A stretch of DNA of 64,000 nt from Candidatus Obscuribacteraceae bacterium (GTDB taxonomy: Bacteria; Cyanobacteriota; Vampirovibrionia; Obscuribacterales; Obscuribacteraceae), in NCBI GenBank assembly GCA_044226015.1, contig JBGAHS010000005.1, positions 192,001 through 256,000 on the forward strand, in the 5' to 3' direction. This document shows positions 36,053 through 46,116 of this stretch, one piece after another. Every line of letters begins with the position of its first letter. Position 1 is the stretch's first letter. A program made the position numbers and the translations under genes. The notes below the pieces were generated by a model. That model was given only the letters and a program-made list of their open reading frames with translations, was not told where the DNA came from and ran no database searches.

Positions 36053-38612
36053 GGCTATTTTGTGCTGGAATTTCGAACCAGAACGTGCTGCCCTTTCCGG
36101 GTTCGCTATCACAGCCAAGTATGCCACCATGTGATTGAACGATCAGTGTGCAGATTGACAGACCCAAACCAAAGCCTTGCTTTTTTTCTTTGCTTTCTGC
36201 TTGGAAAAAACGTTCGAAAACTCTTGCTCTCGTCTGTTCATCCATGCCTGGTCCTTCGTCGCTTACACATATTCTCACGGAATTTTCGCCGGGCTTATCG
36301 CTTACTCGAATTCTCGTATTCTCTGGTGAAAACTTGATAGCGTTCGCAAGATAGTTGATAACTGTTTGAATCAATCGAGCTTTATCTGCAAATATACTGG
36401 TGTCAGTGCAGAGGTTCTCTATCTCTATATTCTTTTGTTTTGCCAGGCTGCTCACAGCAAGAATAGCGTCCTCTGCGAATTGTCTGACCTTGCATTCTTC
36501 CTTTGAAAGGTTTACTTTTCCTGTCTCAAGCGTCTCCATAGTCAGCAGATCATTTACCAGATTCAGGACTCGTTCGATATTGTTTTTGGCTCTCTGAAGT
36601 TGGCGCTTCATTTTTTCTGTGAGTTCGGCTTCTATCGCCACGGAGAATTCATTCAAGGACAAGATAGATTCTCGCAGTGGTGTTTGAATATCAGTAGTTA
36701 TCTGTCGCATTAGCGAAACCCTCTCGCTTGATGCATTGCGCAGCTCAGTTTGTGTTTGCCACAAAATCTTGTTTAAATAGGCTAATTCGTCAGTTCCTTC
36801 TACGCTTGCAAATGCAAAGTTCGGGTCACTTACACTGGCTGCGTTGCTAACCAGCATGTTAAGTCGTTTTCTAATGTCTCTGTTGAACGCCAATAGCAAA
36901 ATTACAGTAACAAGAATGTTTGCTATGAGAGTGACGATGAGACTGATGGTTAGTGTCTTGGCTGCTTCAAGTTGCTTTTCCTGGATAATTCTTATATCGA
37001 GCGAATCTTGCCGGAACAGGTTCGTTGCTTTGCTTCTTATTTTTGTCGCATTCTTTTGCAGTGGCTTGATTTCATGAAGGCGCTCTTTTACCTGATTCGT
37101 TGATGCCGCTCTTTTGATCGAATCAACCACAGATGTCTCATTCTTATGATTTCTTAGCAGCTTCCGCCAGCTCTTCAGGACGCCCTGCCATTCTTCATTT
37201 TCTTGACCCACAAAATAATCTTCTGGGGGAAACTCAGCAATTGCAATGTCAAAACTCTTCAATGCTCTTTCACGCAATTTCTCTTCTCCGCTTATTGCAT
37301 AAATGGCTTCTGAAACCGTTCCTTTCAGCGAGTCTAGGAAGATTATGTTCATCAATAAGCTGATGTCACTGAGTCTGCGCTGTTGTTTTAGCAATGAGCG
37401 ATTTGATTCAATTTGCTTGTCAAAAACTCCCAGAAATATTATCTGAAAAATTATGGGCACCATTACGATTAGAAGTACTCGGTGGAATATGTTGGGTTTC
37501 TGAAACATATTTCGAACGTACTGTAACGGGTTCTTCCAAAAATGAATTTGATCAAGCAGCGAGCTTGATTCTTCGCTTTTCTTTGCGCTTTTGTCCTCAG
37601 TCGGCGCTTCTTCTGGGTCTGTTTTTGTCTTCTCAACCGTCAAAATAGCATTAACGTGACTCAAGACTCCGACCATTTTGTGGTGAGCAAGCCTCAGCTT
37701 ACTCAAGTCTTGTTGAGAACCATTGCTAGAGAGCGATTCTTCGATAACTTCTAAACTCAATTGGCAAGCGCTTAGAGGTGAGCGCATGTCGTGTGCCACC
37801 ATGCCGAAAATTGCCCTTCGATGTTCGGCTGCCTCGATCAACTTTTCAGACGAATCTTGCAGTACTCCAGCCAAATATGCAATTTCGTCTTTGCCCTGTA
37901 GTGGCAGATTTAGTTTCTCCAGGCTCGACATTTTACTTGCAGATAAAGTTAAAGCCTTCAGTCTGCTAGTTATTCTCCGCGCGAAGTACCAAATCAAAAC
38001 CAGTGAAAGCACTATGTTTGCGCAAATACAGATCATCGCCAGCCTCAGGGTAGCTTTCGCCTGCTTATCCTGCCGTTTGCGATCCTGTACAAGCTCTTTC
38101 TTCTCTTCTTCCAGTGTCTGTTTTACTTTGCTGGGAAGCTGATATATGCGATGGAAAATAGGTGGCATTCGCTGCAAGGTTTCAAAGTTCGCCATCACTC
38201 CGAGTGCCTTTGCGCGGGGCAGCTCCTCAAGGCTCTCAATAGAGCCCATACATAATCTGTCCAGAATGTCGATTCGATCAGCAAGGGGACCCGTGTTGGC
38301 TTGTTCCTTTATCTCGCTGAATTGCTGCCGCAATTTTGCTACGAGTTCAGAGCTTCCCTCGTCGTATGTTTTGTTATCTGAGAATGCCCGTGCAATGAGG
38401 TAAGCAACCGTTTCACCCCAGTCGTTGAACGTCAGCGCACATTTCGATAGTAGTTGGCTTTGCTTCTGCTCGTTCTTGCTAAGCGTTTCTTGCGTTTTTG
38501 AGAGAAACGTCAGCATGGTCAGCACTGCAGCCAAAACAAGAAATGGAATGAGCACGACAAGCAATCCCTGTTTAAGGATTTGCGGCGAGTACTTAATTCC
38601 ATTCAATTCCAT
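36042..38612 (-). CDS. Tandem sensor histidine kinase: two TM-sensor-TM-HAMP-HisKA modules and one HATPase domain
   Basis: Module 1 H-box VAHDMRSPL followed by a charged linker (no ATPase domain); module 2 ITTDIQTPL (no His) followed by NYLANAIKFS, DEGPG, FERF and GFGLGL. Confidence 0.9.
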   Translation of the reverse strand: MELNGIKYSPQILKQGLLVVLIPFLVLAAVLTMLTFLSKTQETLSKNEQKQSQLLSKCALTFNDWGETVAYLIARAFSDNKTYDEGSSELVAKLRQQFSEIKEQANTGPLADRIDILDRLCMGSIESLEELPRAKALGVMANFETLQRMPPIFHRIYQLPSKVKQTLEEEKKELVQDRKRQDKQAKATLRLAMICICANIVLSLVLIWYFARRITSRLKALTLSASKMSSLEKLNLPLQGKDEIAYLAGVLQDSSEKLIEAAEHRRAIFGMVAHDMRSPLSACQLSLEVIEESLSSNGSQQDLSKLRLAHHKMVGVLSHVNAILTVEKTKTDPEEAPTEDKSAKKSEESSSLLDQIHFWKNPLQYVRNMFQKPNIFHRVLLIVMVPIIFQIIFLGVFDKQIESNRSLLKQQRRLSDISLLMNIIFLDSLKGTVSEAIYAISGEEKLRERALKSFDIAIAEFPPEDYFVGQENEEWQGVLKSWRKLLRNHKNETSVVDSIKRAASTNQVKERLHEIKPLQKNATKIRSKATNLFRQDSLDIRIIQEKQLEAAKTLTISLIVTLIANILVTVILLLAFNRDIRKRLNMLVSNAASVSDPNFAFASVEGTDELAYLNKILWQTQTELRNASSERVSLMRQITTDIQTPLRESILSLNEFSVAIEAELTEKMKRQLQRAKNNIERVLNLVNDLLTMETLETGKVNLSKEECKVRQFAEDAILAVSSLAKQKNIEIENLCTDTSIFADKARLIQTVINYLANAIKFSPENTRIRVSDKPGENSVRICVSDEGPGMDEQTRARVFERFFQAESKEKKQGFGLGLSICTLIVQSHGGILGCDSEPGKGSTFWFEIPAQNSQKN

Positions 38613-38700
38613 TCAATTATCAGCCAGACAAGGTACGAAGCTGCTAATTCCATTATTCCCATTCTTAACGAGTGCTGAATTGTGAACGTCTGAATCCTTG

Positions 38701-38726
38701 CTGGGAGCGCCAGCATCCTGGTGGCG
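38701..38726 (+). repeat. REP-like palindrome
   Basis: CTGGGAGCGCCAGCATCCTGGTGGCG; related copies at 6697-6719 and 17471-17626. Confidence 0.45.
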
Positions 38727-38841
38727 TCCGAATTGAATGAACGTCAACTTCTGAAATTCTTCCATAGGAATTCCGACTTCTGCTGCCAAAGGCGTCGTAA
38801 ATAACCTGAATTTTCGGGCATGATGTGATTAGGAGACTGCA

Positions 38842-41598
38842 GTGTCAATGCTTCAACCTGGGCAGGTTTTTAACGAACGCTATGAGATTATCCAACTCTT
38901 AGGAGTTGGCGGCTATGCAACGGTGTACAAAGCATTGCAGACTGATGTTGGGCGAACTGTTGCTCTCAAGATTTATCACGCCAGTATCTCTGAAGACGAG
39001 CATTTCACGGAAAGATGCAAGAGAGAGGCTGTGGCTCTTAATGCTCTTTCTCACAAGAATATCGTGACTGTCTATCACATCGGCCAAACTGTTGATGATG
39101 TATTGTTTCTTGTGATGGAGTTTGTTAAAGGTAAGAGTCTCAGGCAGCTTCTGAATGAGAAAGATGGAGTGGACATTGATGAGTCTATCAAGATAGTTAA
39201 ATCCATTGCCAGTGCCCTCAGTCTCGCACACAGTCATGGCATCGTGCATCGCGACTTAAAGCCTGACAATATCCTACTTGTTGATATGCCTGAACCTAAT
39301 ACAGTGAAGATCGTTGATTTTGGATTGGCTAAAATACTCGATGAAAAGAATCAAAAACTAACACAAACCGGTGAACTGCTAGGTACGTCTCTTTATATGA
39401 GTCCTGAGCAGTGCAAAGGGAAGGCGATTGATCACCGTTCTGATATCTTTTCTTTGGGTGTCTGCTTCTTTGAAATGTTGGCTGGGCGGCGTCTCTTTGA
39501 TGCTGATACCGCAATTGGTGTTATGTATAAGGTTATGAACGAGGAAGTGCCTCGTCTCAGCAATAAGGTTGTATATATCTACAATTCTGAAATCAATGAT
39601 TTGTTGAGAAAGCTTCTGGAAAAAGACCCCGCTTTGCGATATCAAACAATGGATGAGGTCCTTAAAGACCTCGATGCAATTACGGGGCTGGAAAAGAGTA
39701 AGAGCAGAAACAAAGTATCCTTCGATAAAAATCGACTCTCTAAAATTGGTATGGCTATTGCCATTGCCCTAATCTTTGCTGCTTCGTTTTTTCTACTTAA
39801 GAGAGAATCTCAAGTCGAACATCCCAACTCCATGTATATTCCAGCAGTATTTATCTCTAATTCCGCATTTCGAAATACTGAGCAACTTGATCAATTTACA
39901 AGTAGTGAATTCAGGTCGTTTCTTATAAAACATGCCGAGTCCAAGGGACCCGCAATTTCCGTATCTCGAGCTATCTATCAGTATTCCACTGATCGTAAAC
40001 TTAATGGTCTAAAGAGACTCGAAGATGCACTTATGTACGAGGATTCACTTCTAAGCAGTGGACTTCCATCAACTGCAGACGCTTTTTTTAAGAGCGATCT
40101 AAAGCCAATAATTATCAGAGAAATTAAGCTATTGCCCTCGAAAGAAGGTTTCGGACTGAGATTCGAAACTACAGCAAATGCGCTACTTGATTCTCAAGTT
40201 GCTGCCAGAAGAACTCAATCGGCAAGGGGAATCATTGAATTCTTTAGGGAGTGCAAATTGGGCAACTATTTTTCGCCCGAAAAAGTACTAGATGCCGCTT
40301 TGAACTTGGGTGATTCTGAGTTAGCCAGGAGGGTTGTCTCAGAGTCATATGATGAAAGAACTTTGCTAAAGCTTTTGTATGTTTCTAGAAAATTTCACCA
40401 CTGGGATTTGGCTGAGAGTTGCTTGTCTAAAATAGAGCAGCTTGCGTCCGTTGAGAAAAGACCTGCGTTGATGGTCTTGGTTCATGCTGAAAGAGCAATT
40501 AACTACTACGAATTAGATAATCCGCTGCTCTCATCGCATTCTCTAAAAAAGTCCGACGAATTGTTTCAAGTAGAAAAACTGGTAAAGCGCAGAGACGTGG
40601 CGCCATTGTTGCACCTTTTGCTTGCGTATGAGATGACTGGACAAAAAACACCTGGTGAGCTCATTCCATCTCTAATTCATCTTTATCAATCTGCGCTTGA
40701 GCGTGAACTCTCATCGCGCGGTAAACATCTGGGCGATCTGAAAACTGTTTCGAGTATTTTATCGAGCCTTGAGAGAAGTAATTTGGGCAATAGGATAGAC
40801 ATACAAAGACAATCTTCTTCGCTTCAAGATGCAGCTGTGCTTAGTGCGATTCTTGTAGCAGAACAGATTCGTCATGATGTATCGCAGAGAGACTTTTGGA
40901 CTGAACGTTATACCCGAGCGTTCTGTGATGTAGGTCTTCCTGGCAAGTGCGTAGCCTTAATTCAGAGCCGAACGTCCGTTCCTAAAACGTCCACTGCGAA
41001 AACGCCAGCTGCGAAAACGCCCCGCTTAGATAATTTGGAACTGAGCAGCCTGCTTGAAATGGCAAAATGCTACTCGTATTTTGATCATCCAAGAATGCAT
41101 TCTGCGCTTTTTCTTGCGTTTTCGAAGGCAAAGTTGATTGCAAGAAATGACAAAGATTATACGTTCCTTGATTTTTGTACAGTCGATATTCCTCTAAATC
41201 ACAATGAAGAGAGACGAAGAATTGTTTTGAACTGGGAGACGCCTCCAGACCAGCGCGAGGTTGTTGCCTGCAACAGATCAAATTATCGAACAATCATACA
41301 GAAGTGTTTGCAATATGGACAATATCGAATGGCTAGCGACAGTCTGACGAAAATGAGACGTGAGTTCAGTTCGCCCGAATATGAAGAAGAACGCGAAATG
41401 CTAGCCCTTTTGGATTTCTTACTAAAGCTTGAGTTGAAGCCTAATGACACTGCACCAGTACGCAAATTATGTGAGACCTATTCTGCCGATGGAAGCCGGA
41501 CTAAAGATCTTCCAGAGTTATTTTATGATGAACTCGCAATAGGTGGATTAGGAAAAGAGGGAACTAAGATTTCCCGGCGCCTTCACAACATCGAATAA
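38842..41598 (+). CDS. Transmembrane Hanks-type Ser/Thr kinase with a large helical extracytoplasmic domain
   Basis: GVGGYATVY, VALK, HRDLKPDN, DFG, YMSPEQ; TM IGMAIAIALIFAASFFLL; AGGAG SD. Confidence 0.92.
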   Translation: MSMLQPGQVFNERYEIIQLLGVGGYATVYKALQTDVGRTVALKIYHASISEDEHFTERCKREAVALNALSHKNIVTVYHIGQTVDDVLFLVMEFVKGKSLRQLLNEKDGVDIDESIKIVKSIASALSLAHSHGIVHRDLKPDNILLVDMPEPNTVKIVDFGLAKILDEKNQKLTQTGELLGTSLYMSPEQCKGKAIDHRSDIFSLGVCFFEMLAGRRLFDADTAIGVMYKVMNEEVPRLSNKVVYIYNSEINDLLRKLLEKDPALRYQTMDEVLKDLDAITGLEKSKSRNKVSFDKNRLSKIGMAIAIALIFAASFFLLKRESQVEHPNSMYIPAVFISNSAFRNTEQLDQFTSSEFRSFLIKHAESKGPAISVSRAIYQYSTDRKLNGLKRLEDALMYEDSLLSSGLPSTADAFFKSDLKPIIIREIKLLPSKEGFGLRFETTANALLDSQVAARRTQSARGIIEFFRECKLGNYFSPEKVLDAALNLGDSELARRVVSESYDERTLLKLLYVSRKFHHWDLAESCLSKIEQLASVEKRPALMVLVHAERAINYYELDNPLLSSHSLKKSDELFQVEKLVKRRDVAPLLHLLLAYEMTGQKTPGELIPSLIHLYQSALERELSSRGKHLGDLKTVSSILSSLERSNLGNRIDIQRQSSSLQDAAVLSAILVAEQIRHDVSQRDFWTERYTRAFCDVGLPGKCVALIQSRTSVPKTSTAKTPAAKTPRLDNLELSSLLEMAKCYSYFDHPRMHSALFLAFSKAKLIARNDKDYTFLDFCTVDIPLNHNEERRRIVLNWETPPDQREVVACNRSNYRTIIQKCLQYGQYRMASDSLTKMRREFSSPEYEEEREMLALLDFLLKLELKPNDTAPVRKLCETYSADGSRTKDLPELFYDELAIGGLGKEGTKISRRLHNIE

Positions 41599-41614
41599 TC
41601 TCTATCTGCTCAAA

Positions 41615-42322
41615 TCAACGTGGTATCTTCTGCAGTGCGCTATCAATATAGCTCATTAGCCCATCTGCATTGGTGCCACCAGAAAATCTCGTTATTTGCT
41701 TTCCTTTGGAATCAGCAAAAATGGTGGTAGGAAATCCTGTGACACCATATTTTGCTAACAGTTGTTGGTTCTGTGCTTCTTCGCCATCTAGACGTTTGAA
41801 TTCACAGCTTGCGCCATACTTATTGCTGCGTTGCACCTGGTCGAAAACTGGGTCGAATATTTTGCAAACTCTGCACCACTTAGTACTGAATTCGATGATT
41901 TTGATCTTACCCCTGGCGAAGTCACCAGTTTGTGGAACGCGAGCTTGAGTCGCCAGGTTGCTTGTAACACTTGCACTCTGGGCTGGCGGCTTATAGTGTG
42001 CCAGAAAATTTAAACCCTGTTGAGCCTGGGCTTTTAGCTTCGGATTCGTGCTGTTGCTGAGCAACCACTGATATTCCAAGTTAGCTGGACCAACCTTACC
42101 CAAGTTCTGGTAGCAGAGAGCGAGATAGTAGTGGCAAGATGGGTCGCGAGGCAAAGTTCTGGCGACATTCTGAAAGCCTTCCAGCGCTGTCGTGAATTTT
42201 CTTGCTGCAAAATCTTGCTGCGCCTTAGCGTAAACTTGAGCTTCGTTAGCAGCCAGGGAAGGCAAACACATTCCGCCCGCAGCAACTATAGCTAACGAAA
42301 TCAGTATAAGTGGACGCTCCAT
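41615..42322 (-). CDS. Exported TPR + thioredoxin-domain protein (WCRVC)
   Basis: Signal peptide, CHYYLALCY TPR, EFSTKWCRVC, YGVTGFP cis-Pro loop; GGAGG SD. Confidence 0.9.
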   Translation of the reverse strand: MERPLILISLAIVAAGGMCLPSLAANEAQVYAKAQQDFAARKFTTALEGFQNVARTLPRDPSCHYYLALCYQNLGKVGPANLEYQWLLSNSTNPKLKAQAQQGLNFLAHYKPPAQSASVTSNLATQARVPQTGDFARGKIKIIEFSTKWCRVCKIFDPVFDQVQRSNKYGASCEFKRLDGEEAQNQQLLAKYGVTGFPTTIFADSKGKQITRFSGGTNADGLMSYIDSALQKIPR

Positions 42323-42587
42323 AGTTTCCTCCAGGAAAGCTACCTATGTTTTGCCCACCAGAAGACACTTTTCTCTAGTATTGACCCGTTTGAGCTGCAA
42401 GTACGCAGGCTAGTGCTGTCTGCAAGACGCAAAGCCAGCAACACGTATAAAGAAGAATTTTTGTCTTCATGCTCACCTCGAAATCCCTACAATAATTCTA
42501 AACGGGTTTCTAAGATCACAAGAGAAAATTCCTTGTTGTTTAAACTGGCAAAAAATATCGGACTTTCTGCCGTGCTAATATCTGCCA

Positions 42588-43727
42588 ATGATTGATTTGA
42601 AGTTTGAAATTGTTGCTGAATGTCAATGGTCAGGTGCGCGAGCTGGTAAGTTCAGCACACCGCACGGCGATGTGTTGACGCCAGTCTTTATGCCGGTTGG
42701 TACGCAGTCAACCGTAAAAGCAATGACGTGGGATCAGGTTGAAGCTTGTGGCTCGCAGATAGTTCTGGGAAATTCCTATCATCTTTATTTGCGACCGGGG
42801 CACAAGTTGGTTCAGTCTGCGGGCGGCTTGCACGGGTTTCAGTCCTGGCAAAAGCCAATTCTGACTGACTCTGGTGGCTTCCAGGTTTTCAGTCTGGAAG
42901 AGCTGCGAACTATTACGGACACTGGCGTTGCGTTCAAAGACCATCTGAGCGGGCAAGAGCACTTCATCGGACCAGCGAAGTCCATGGAAATTCAAAACGC
43001 TCTTGGTGCCGATATTATCATGGCTTTCGACGAGTGCGTCAAAAATCCCGCAACTCACGAAGAAGCCGAGAATGCCATGAAGCGAACGCACGACTGGCTT
43101 GCGCTCTGCGTGAAAGAGCATTCTCGCCCGAATGATCAGGCGTTATTTGGAATAGTTCAAGGAAGCATATACGAAGACTTGCGAAGAGAGTCAGCTCGTG
43201 TTGTTTGCAGTTTCGACCTTCCGGGCTTCGCCATCGGCGGTGTAGCTGTCGGGGAAGATCGCGCGATGATCGAGAAAATAAGCAAGTTCACCGCACCACT
43301 CTTGCCGCGCAATAAGCCGCGATATCTCATGGGTGTTGGAACTCCGTGGGACATCTTGCATGCTGTGTATTGCGGCATAGACATGTTCGATTGTGTTTTG
43401 CCTACGCGCCTTGCCCGTCACGGAGCGGCATTTACAAATGATGGCAGAGTGTCTCTGAAGAACTCGCGCTTCAGAACTGACTTCAACCCAGTTCAAGAAG
43501 GTTGTGAGTGCTTCACCTGCACAAGGCACAGTGCTGCTTACCTCCATCATTTAGTACACGTGAAAGAAATGACTGCAGCGACTCTGCTTTCAATTCACAA
43601 CACACATCATTTGTTGAAAGAGTCGAATGCCTGCAGGCAGGCTATTATTGACGGGCGTTTCCGCGATTACTTTGAGCAGCACAAAGCAAACAAAATAAAA
43701 GACGCTTCTTCAAAGGTAGATGCCTGA
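42588..43727 (+). CDS. tgt: tRNA-guanine(34) transglycosylase
   Basis: TPVFMPVGT, TDSGGFQ, FGIVQG, YLMGVG, DCVLPTR; zinc site CECFTC..H. Confidence 0.97.
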   Translation: MIDLKFEIVAECQWSGARAGKFSTPHGDVLTPVFMPVGTQSTVKAMTWDQVEACGSQIVLGNSYHLYLRPGHKLVQSAGGLHGFQSWQKPILTDSGGFQVFSLEELRTITDTGVAFKDHLSGQEHFIGPAKSMEIQNALGADIIMAFDECVKNPATHEEAENAMKRTHDWLALCVKEHSRPNDQALFGIVQGSIYEDLRRESARVVCSFDLPGFAIGGVAVGEDRAMIEKISKFTAPLLPRNKPRYLMGVGTPWDILHAVYCGIDMFDCVLPTRLARHGAAFTNDGRVSLKNSRFRTDFNPVQEGCECFTCTRHSAAYLHHLVHVKEMTAATLLSIHNTHHLLKESNACRQAIIDGRFRDYFEQHKANKIKDASSKVDA

Positions 43728-43734
43728 GCCTTAC

Positions 43735-44250
43735 TCAGTCCTTTTTCATCGCCGCCTTGAGCTTTTGCAATTCTTCTTCCAGCGCGTCGATTTGCTGGCT
43801 CTGCTCAAACTTTCTTTCGCTATCTCTCGCCTCAGAGCCGAGCTTGGCTTCAATTTCTTGCGCTTGCACCTTATGCTCAAGGCGCTCCATCGCACCCGAT
43901 GAGTTTTCGCTAGCCGCTAGCGCTGCAGCCGCTCCGCTGGGGCTTGCCGTGAAGCGTCTTGCCTCAAGGCGAGTCAAGTCCTTGCGGAGGTTGCCAGAAA
44001 AATCTTTCTGCGACATTTGCTCAACCGTGATATCGTTTTTTCGCTTTATTTGCTGCGCTACGCGTTGCTCGGCCTGGGTCGCAAGTTCTTCTTGATTGTT
44101 TTCTCGCGCCATTTTTGCGCGAGCTTCCCAGCCGCGAAATGCTTCATCGACTTTCTTCATTTCCGTTTCGAGCTGCTTCTCGACAGCGATGGAACTGATA
44201 AGTGCCTGCCGCACTTTAGCCAGTTCTTGCTCGAAGTCTTCATTTATCAT
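43735..44250 (-). CDS. Short PspA/IM30-family paralog
   Basis: VRQALISSIAVEKQLE..WEARAKMA..EELATQA aligns with the upstream PspA; lacks the N-terminal helix. Confidence 0.8.
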   Translation of the reverse strand: MINEDFEQELAKVRQALISSIAVEKQLETEMKKVDEAFRGWEARAKMARENNQEELATQAEQRVAQQIKRKNDITVEQMSQKDFSGNLRKDLTRLEARRFTASPSGAAAALAASENSSGAMERLEHKVQAQEIEAKLGSEARDSERKFEQSQQIDALEEELQKLKAAMKKD

Positions 44251-44258
44251 TTTGAAGA

Positions 44259-45005
44259 CTACTTGCCTTCGTCTTCCATATCAACGATTTCGTTGGCATC
44301 GACCAGTACAGGTTCTTTCTGCTTGGAGGAATCGCCAGTGATCAGTTTTTGTCCGCCGCCAGTGTTGCCCTTCAAAGCCATGAGCTCGGCTTCGATGTCA
44401 ACCTGTCCTTCAAAGCTCTTGAACTTCTTATCGAGCTGGTCAGAACTCAATTCAGCCAGGGCTGCAGCCTTAGACTCACGCTCAAGTACCTTCTGTTCCA
44501 TCTTATCGATGACTGAAAGAGCACCATCGGCGGTTGATTTCGACAAAATTTCGTTTGCTTTTGAAGTTGCCTGCGCTGCTTTGTCGCGCGCGATGAGAAC
44601 TTGCTTCTTTGTATAAGCCTTTTGCACTTCGCCTTCCAGCTCTGTAAGGCGCTGGCGAAGGGTGTTGGTGGCTTCTTTCTGCGACTTCAATTGAACTTCG
44701 AGGTCGTTCGCCGCCTGCTGATATTGCTGTTTGCGTTGCAAAGCCTGGCGAGCGAGGTCGTCATTGCCTTGCTGAACTGCCATCTGAGCACGATTTTGCC
44801 AGGTTTGTGCCTGGTCTTTGTTCTTTTGCAATTGCTGTTCAAGCTGCTTTTCAGTGGCAATTGCTTGAGCGACTGCCTGTCGAACTTGAATCAAATTATT
44901 TTGGAGGTCCTGATACGTCTGTTCGAGCATCATCTCCGGGTCTTCCATTTTACCCATGAGGCTGTTGAAGAATGCCTTTACCAGGGAGGCAAGACGCGTG
45001 AACAT
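44259..45005 (-). CDS. pspA: PspA/IM30 (Vipp1) family protein
   Basis: MFTRLASLVKA amphipathic helix, EDPEMMLEQ, WQNRA..GNDDLARQAL, DKMEQKV, IEAELMALK; GGAG SD. Confidence 0.92.
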   Translation of the reverse strand: MFTRLASLVKAFFNSLMGKMEDPEMMLEQTYQDLQNNLIQVRQAVAQAIATEKQLEQQLQKNKDQAQTWQNRAQMAVQQGNDDLARQALQRKQQYQQAANDLEVQLKSQKEATNTLRQRLTELEGEVQKAYTKKQVLIARDKAAQATSKANEILSKSTADGALSVIDKMEQKVLERESKAAALAELSSDQLDKKFKSFEGQVDIEAELMALKGNTGGGQKLITGDSSKQKEPVLVDANEIVDMEDEGK

Positions 45006-45315
45006 TTTTCGGAACTCCTTCCTTACAACGATGTGCTTGGCTGCCTACACAACTAATCAAATAGTTTAGCAAAGAGCCACTTAATCTTATGCCCAGATTT
45101 TGCTATTCAACTTGTATTTAGTCGCTTCTTTACGTGGCATCCCGCAATATTAACTCAGCTAGATTAAATCGGGGAACCTTCTTTCGGATTTTCCATCATC
45201 CAATAAACGACACAAAGATCCCTCAGGGCTATAAAATGAAATATAGCAAGCTTTGTCAGAGCTTGCCAAACAGCAGAGACCTTCTAAGTCTGATAGACAG
45301 TTCAGAGGAAACGTT

Positions 45316-45735
45316 ATGGCACAAAGCGATTCAGACTTGAAAAGAGCAATGTTTACTGTTAGTGATGCTGTTCTTGGAGCCGCTGTGCTCCTTGCAATCG
45401 GGGTTTACGCAGGTTCATGGTTGGACAAGCAGTTGAACTGCTCCCCGTTTTGCTCAGTGGGCTTGGCTTTGCTGGGTGGAAGCATCGGTTTATATCGCAT
45501 GGTAGTCAAAGCCCGAGGGCTTGATACTGGCGGTTCTGGCAAGTTGCCAAAGGCGATTGGCTATGACGACAAAGACAAAGGAGAGTCATGGTCCTTTGCT
45601 AAGGGGTCTAGCTGCACTGGCGGGGCAGAAAGTTCGTCCTCTGCTCAGCTTGAACCCGACGCTGACGTGGCGCCCAGGGCGGCTAAAGAATTTGACACGA
45701 CGAAACAACGCATGCCCTACGACGATTTTGAATAG
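45316..45735 (+). CDS. AtpZ/AtpI-family (ATPase gene 1) membrane protein
   Basis: Two TMs around GSWLDKQLNCSP; upstream of the atp operon; AGAGGA SD. Confidence 0.75.
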   Translation: MAQSDSDLKRAMFTVSDAVLGAAVLLAIGVYAGSWLDKQLNCSPFCSVGLALLGGSIGLYRMVVKARGLDTGGSGKLPKAIGYDDKDKGESWSFAKGSSCTGGAESSSSAQLEPDADVAPRAAKEFDTTKQRMPYDDFE

Positions 45736-45921
45736 TCCGGTCAATTTTTGGTATTCAAATTCGCAACCTTTAATAGATTGATTTCAGGGATTATCTTGAA
45801 ATCTTTACAGATGGTCAGCTGAAAACTTGTCAGCTTTTGTCACGAAAACAAGAAGCGTGTCCGCATTCTCTCCAAAGCGAAAAGCTTTTTTCAAGCGCAT
45901 GCGTCTGTCCAGCTGCAAATT

Positions 45922-46045
45922 AATCAGGCAAGCGAATGGGCAAGCGAATCGGACACATCGAATCGGGCACATCGAATCGGCTCATAAATGGGTGCAGAGA
46001 ATTCGGCACGTAAACAGCAAACGAATCGGCACGGTATTGGGCATA
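45922..46045. repeat. Degenerate tandem repeat tract (CGAATCGG(G)CAC-like units)
   Basis: GGCAAGCGAAT twice, CACATCGAATCGG twice, plus GAATTCGGCAC and CGAATCGGCAC. Confidence 0.6.
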
Positions 46046-46116
46046 GCAAGTTCATCTTCTTGAGGCTATAGTTGCACATCGATCGCCGCTAGTTCACAGA
46101 TGATGCCGGGTTTTAA

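Noticed and set aside
40982..41025. 15-bp repeat encoding KTSTAKTPAAKTP in the kinase ectodomain
   Set aside because: Ordinary in-frame slippage with no evidence of function.
45922..46045. CRISPR or iteron array
   Set aside because: Units are short, irregular and degenerate; no unique spacers and no rep gene.
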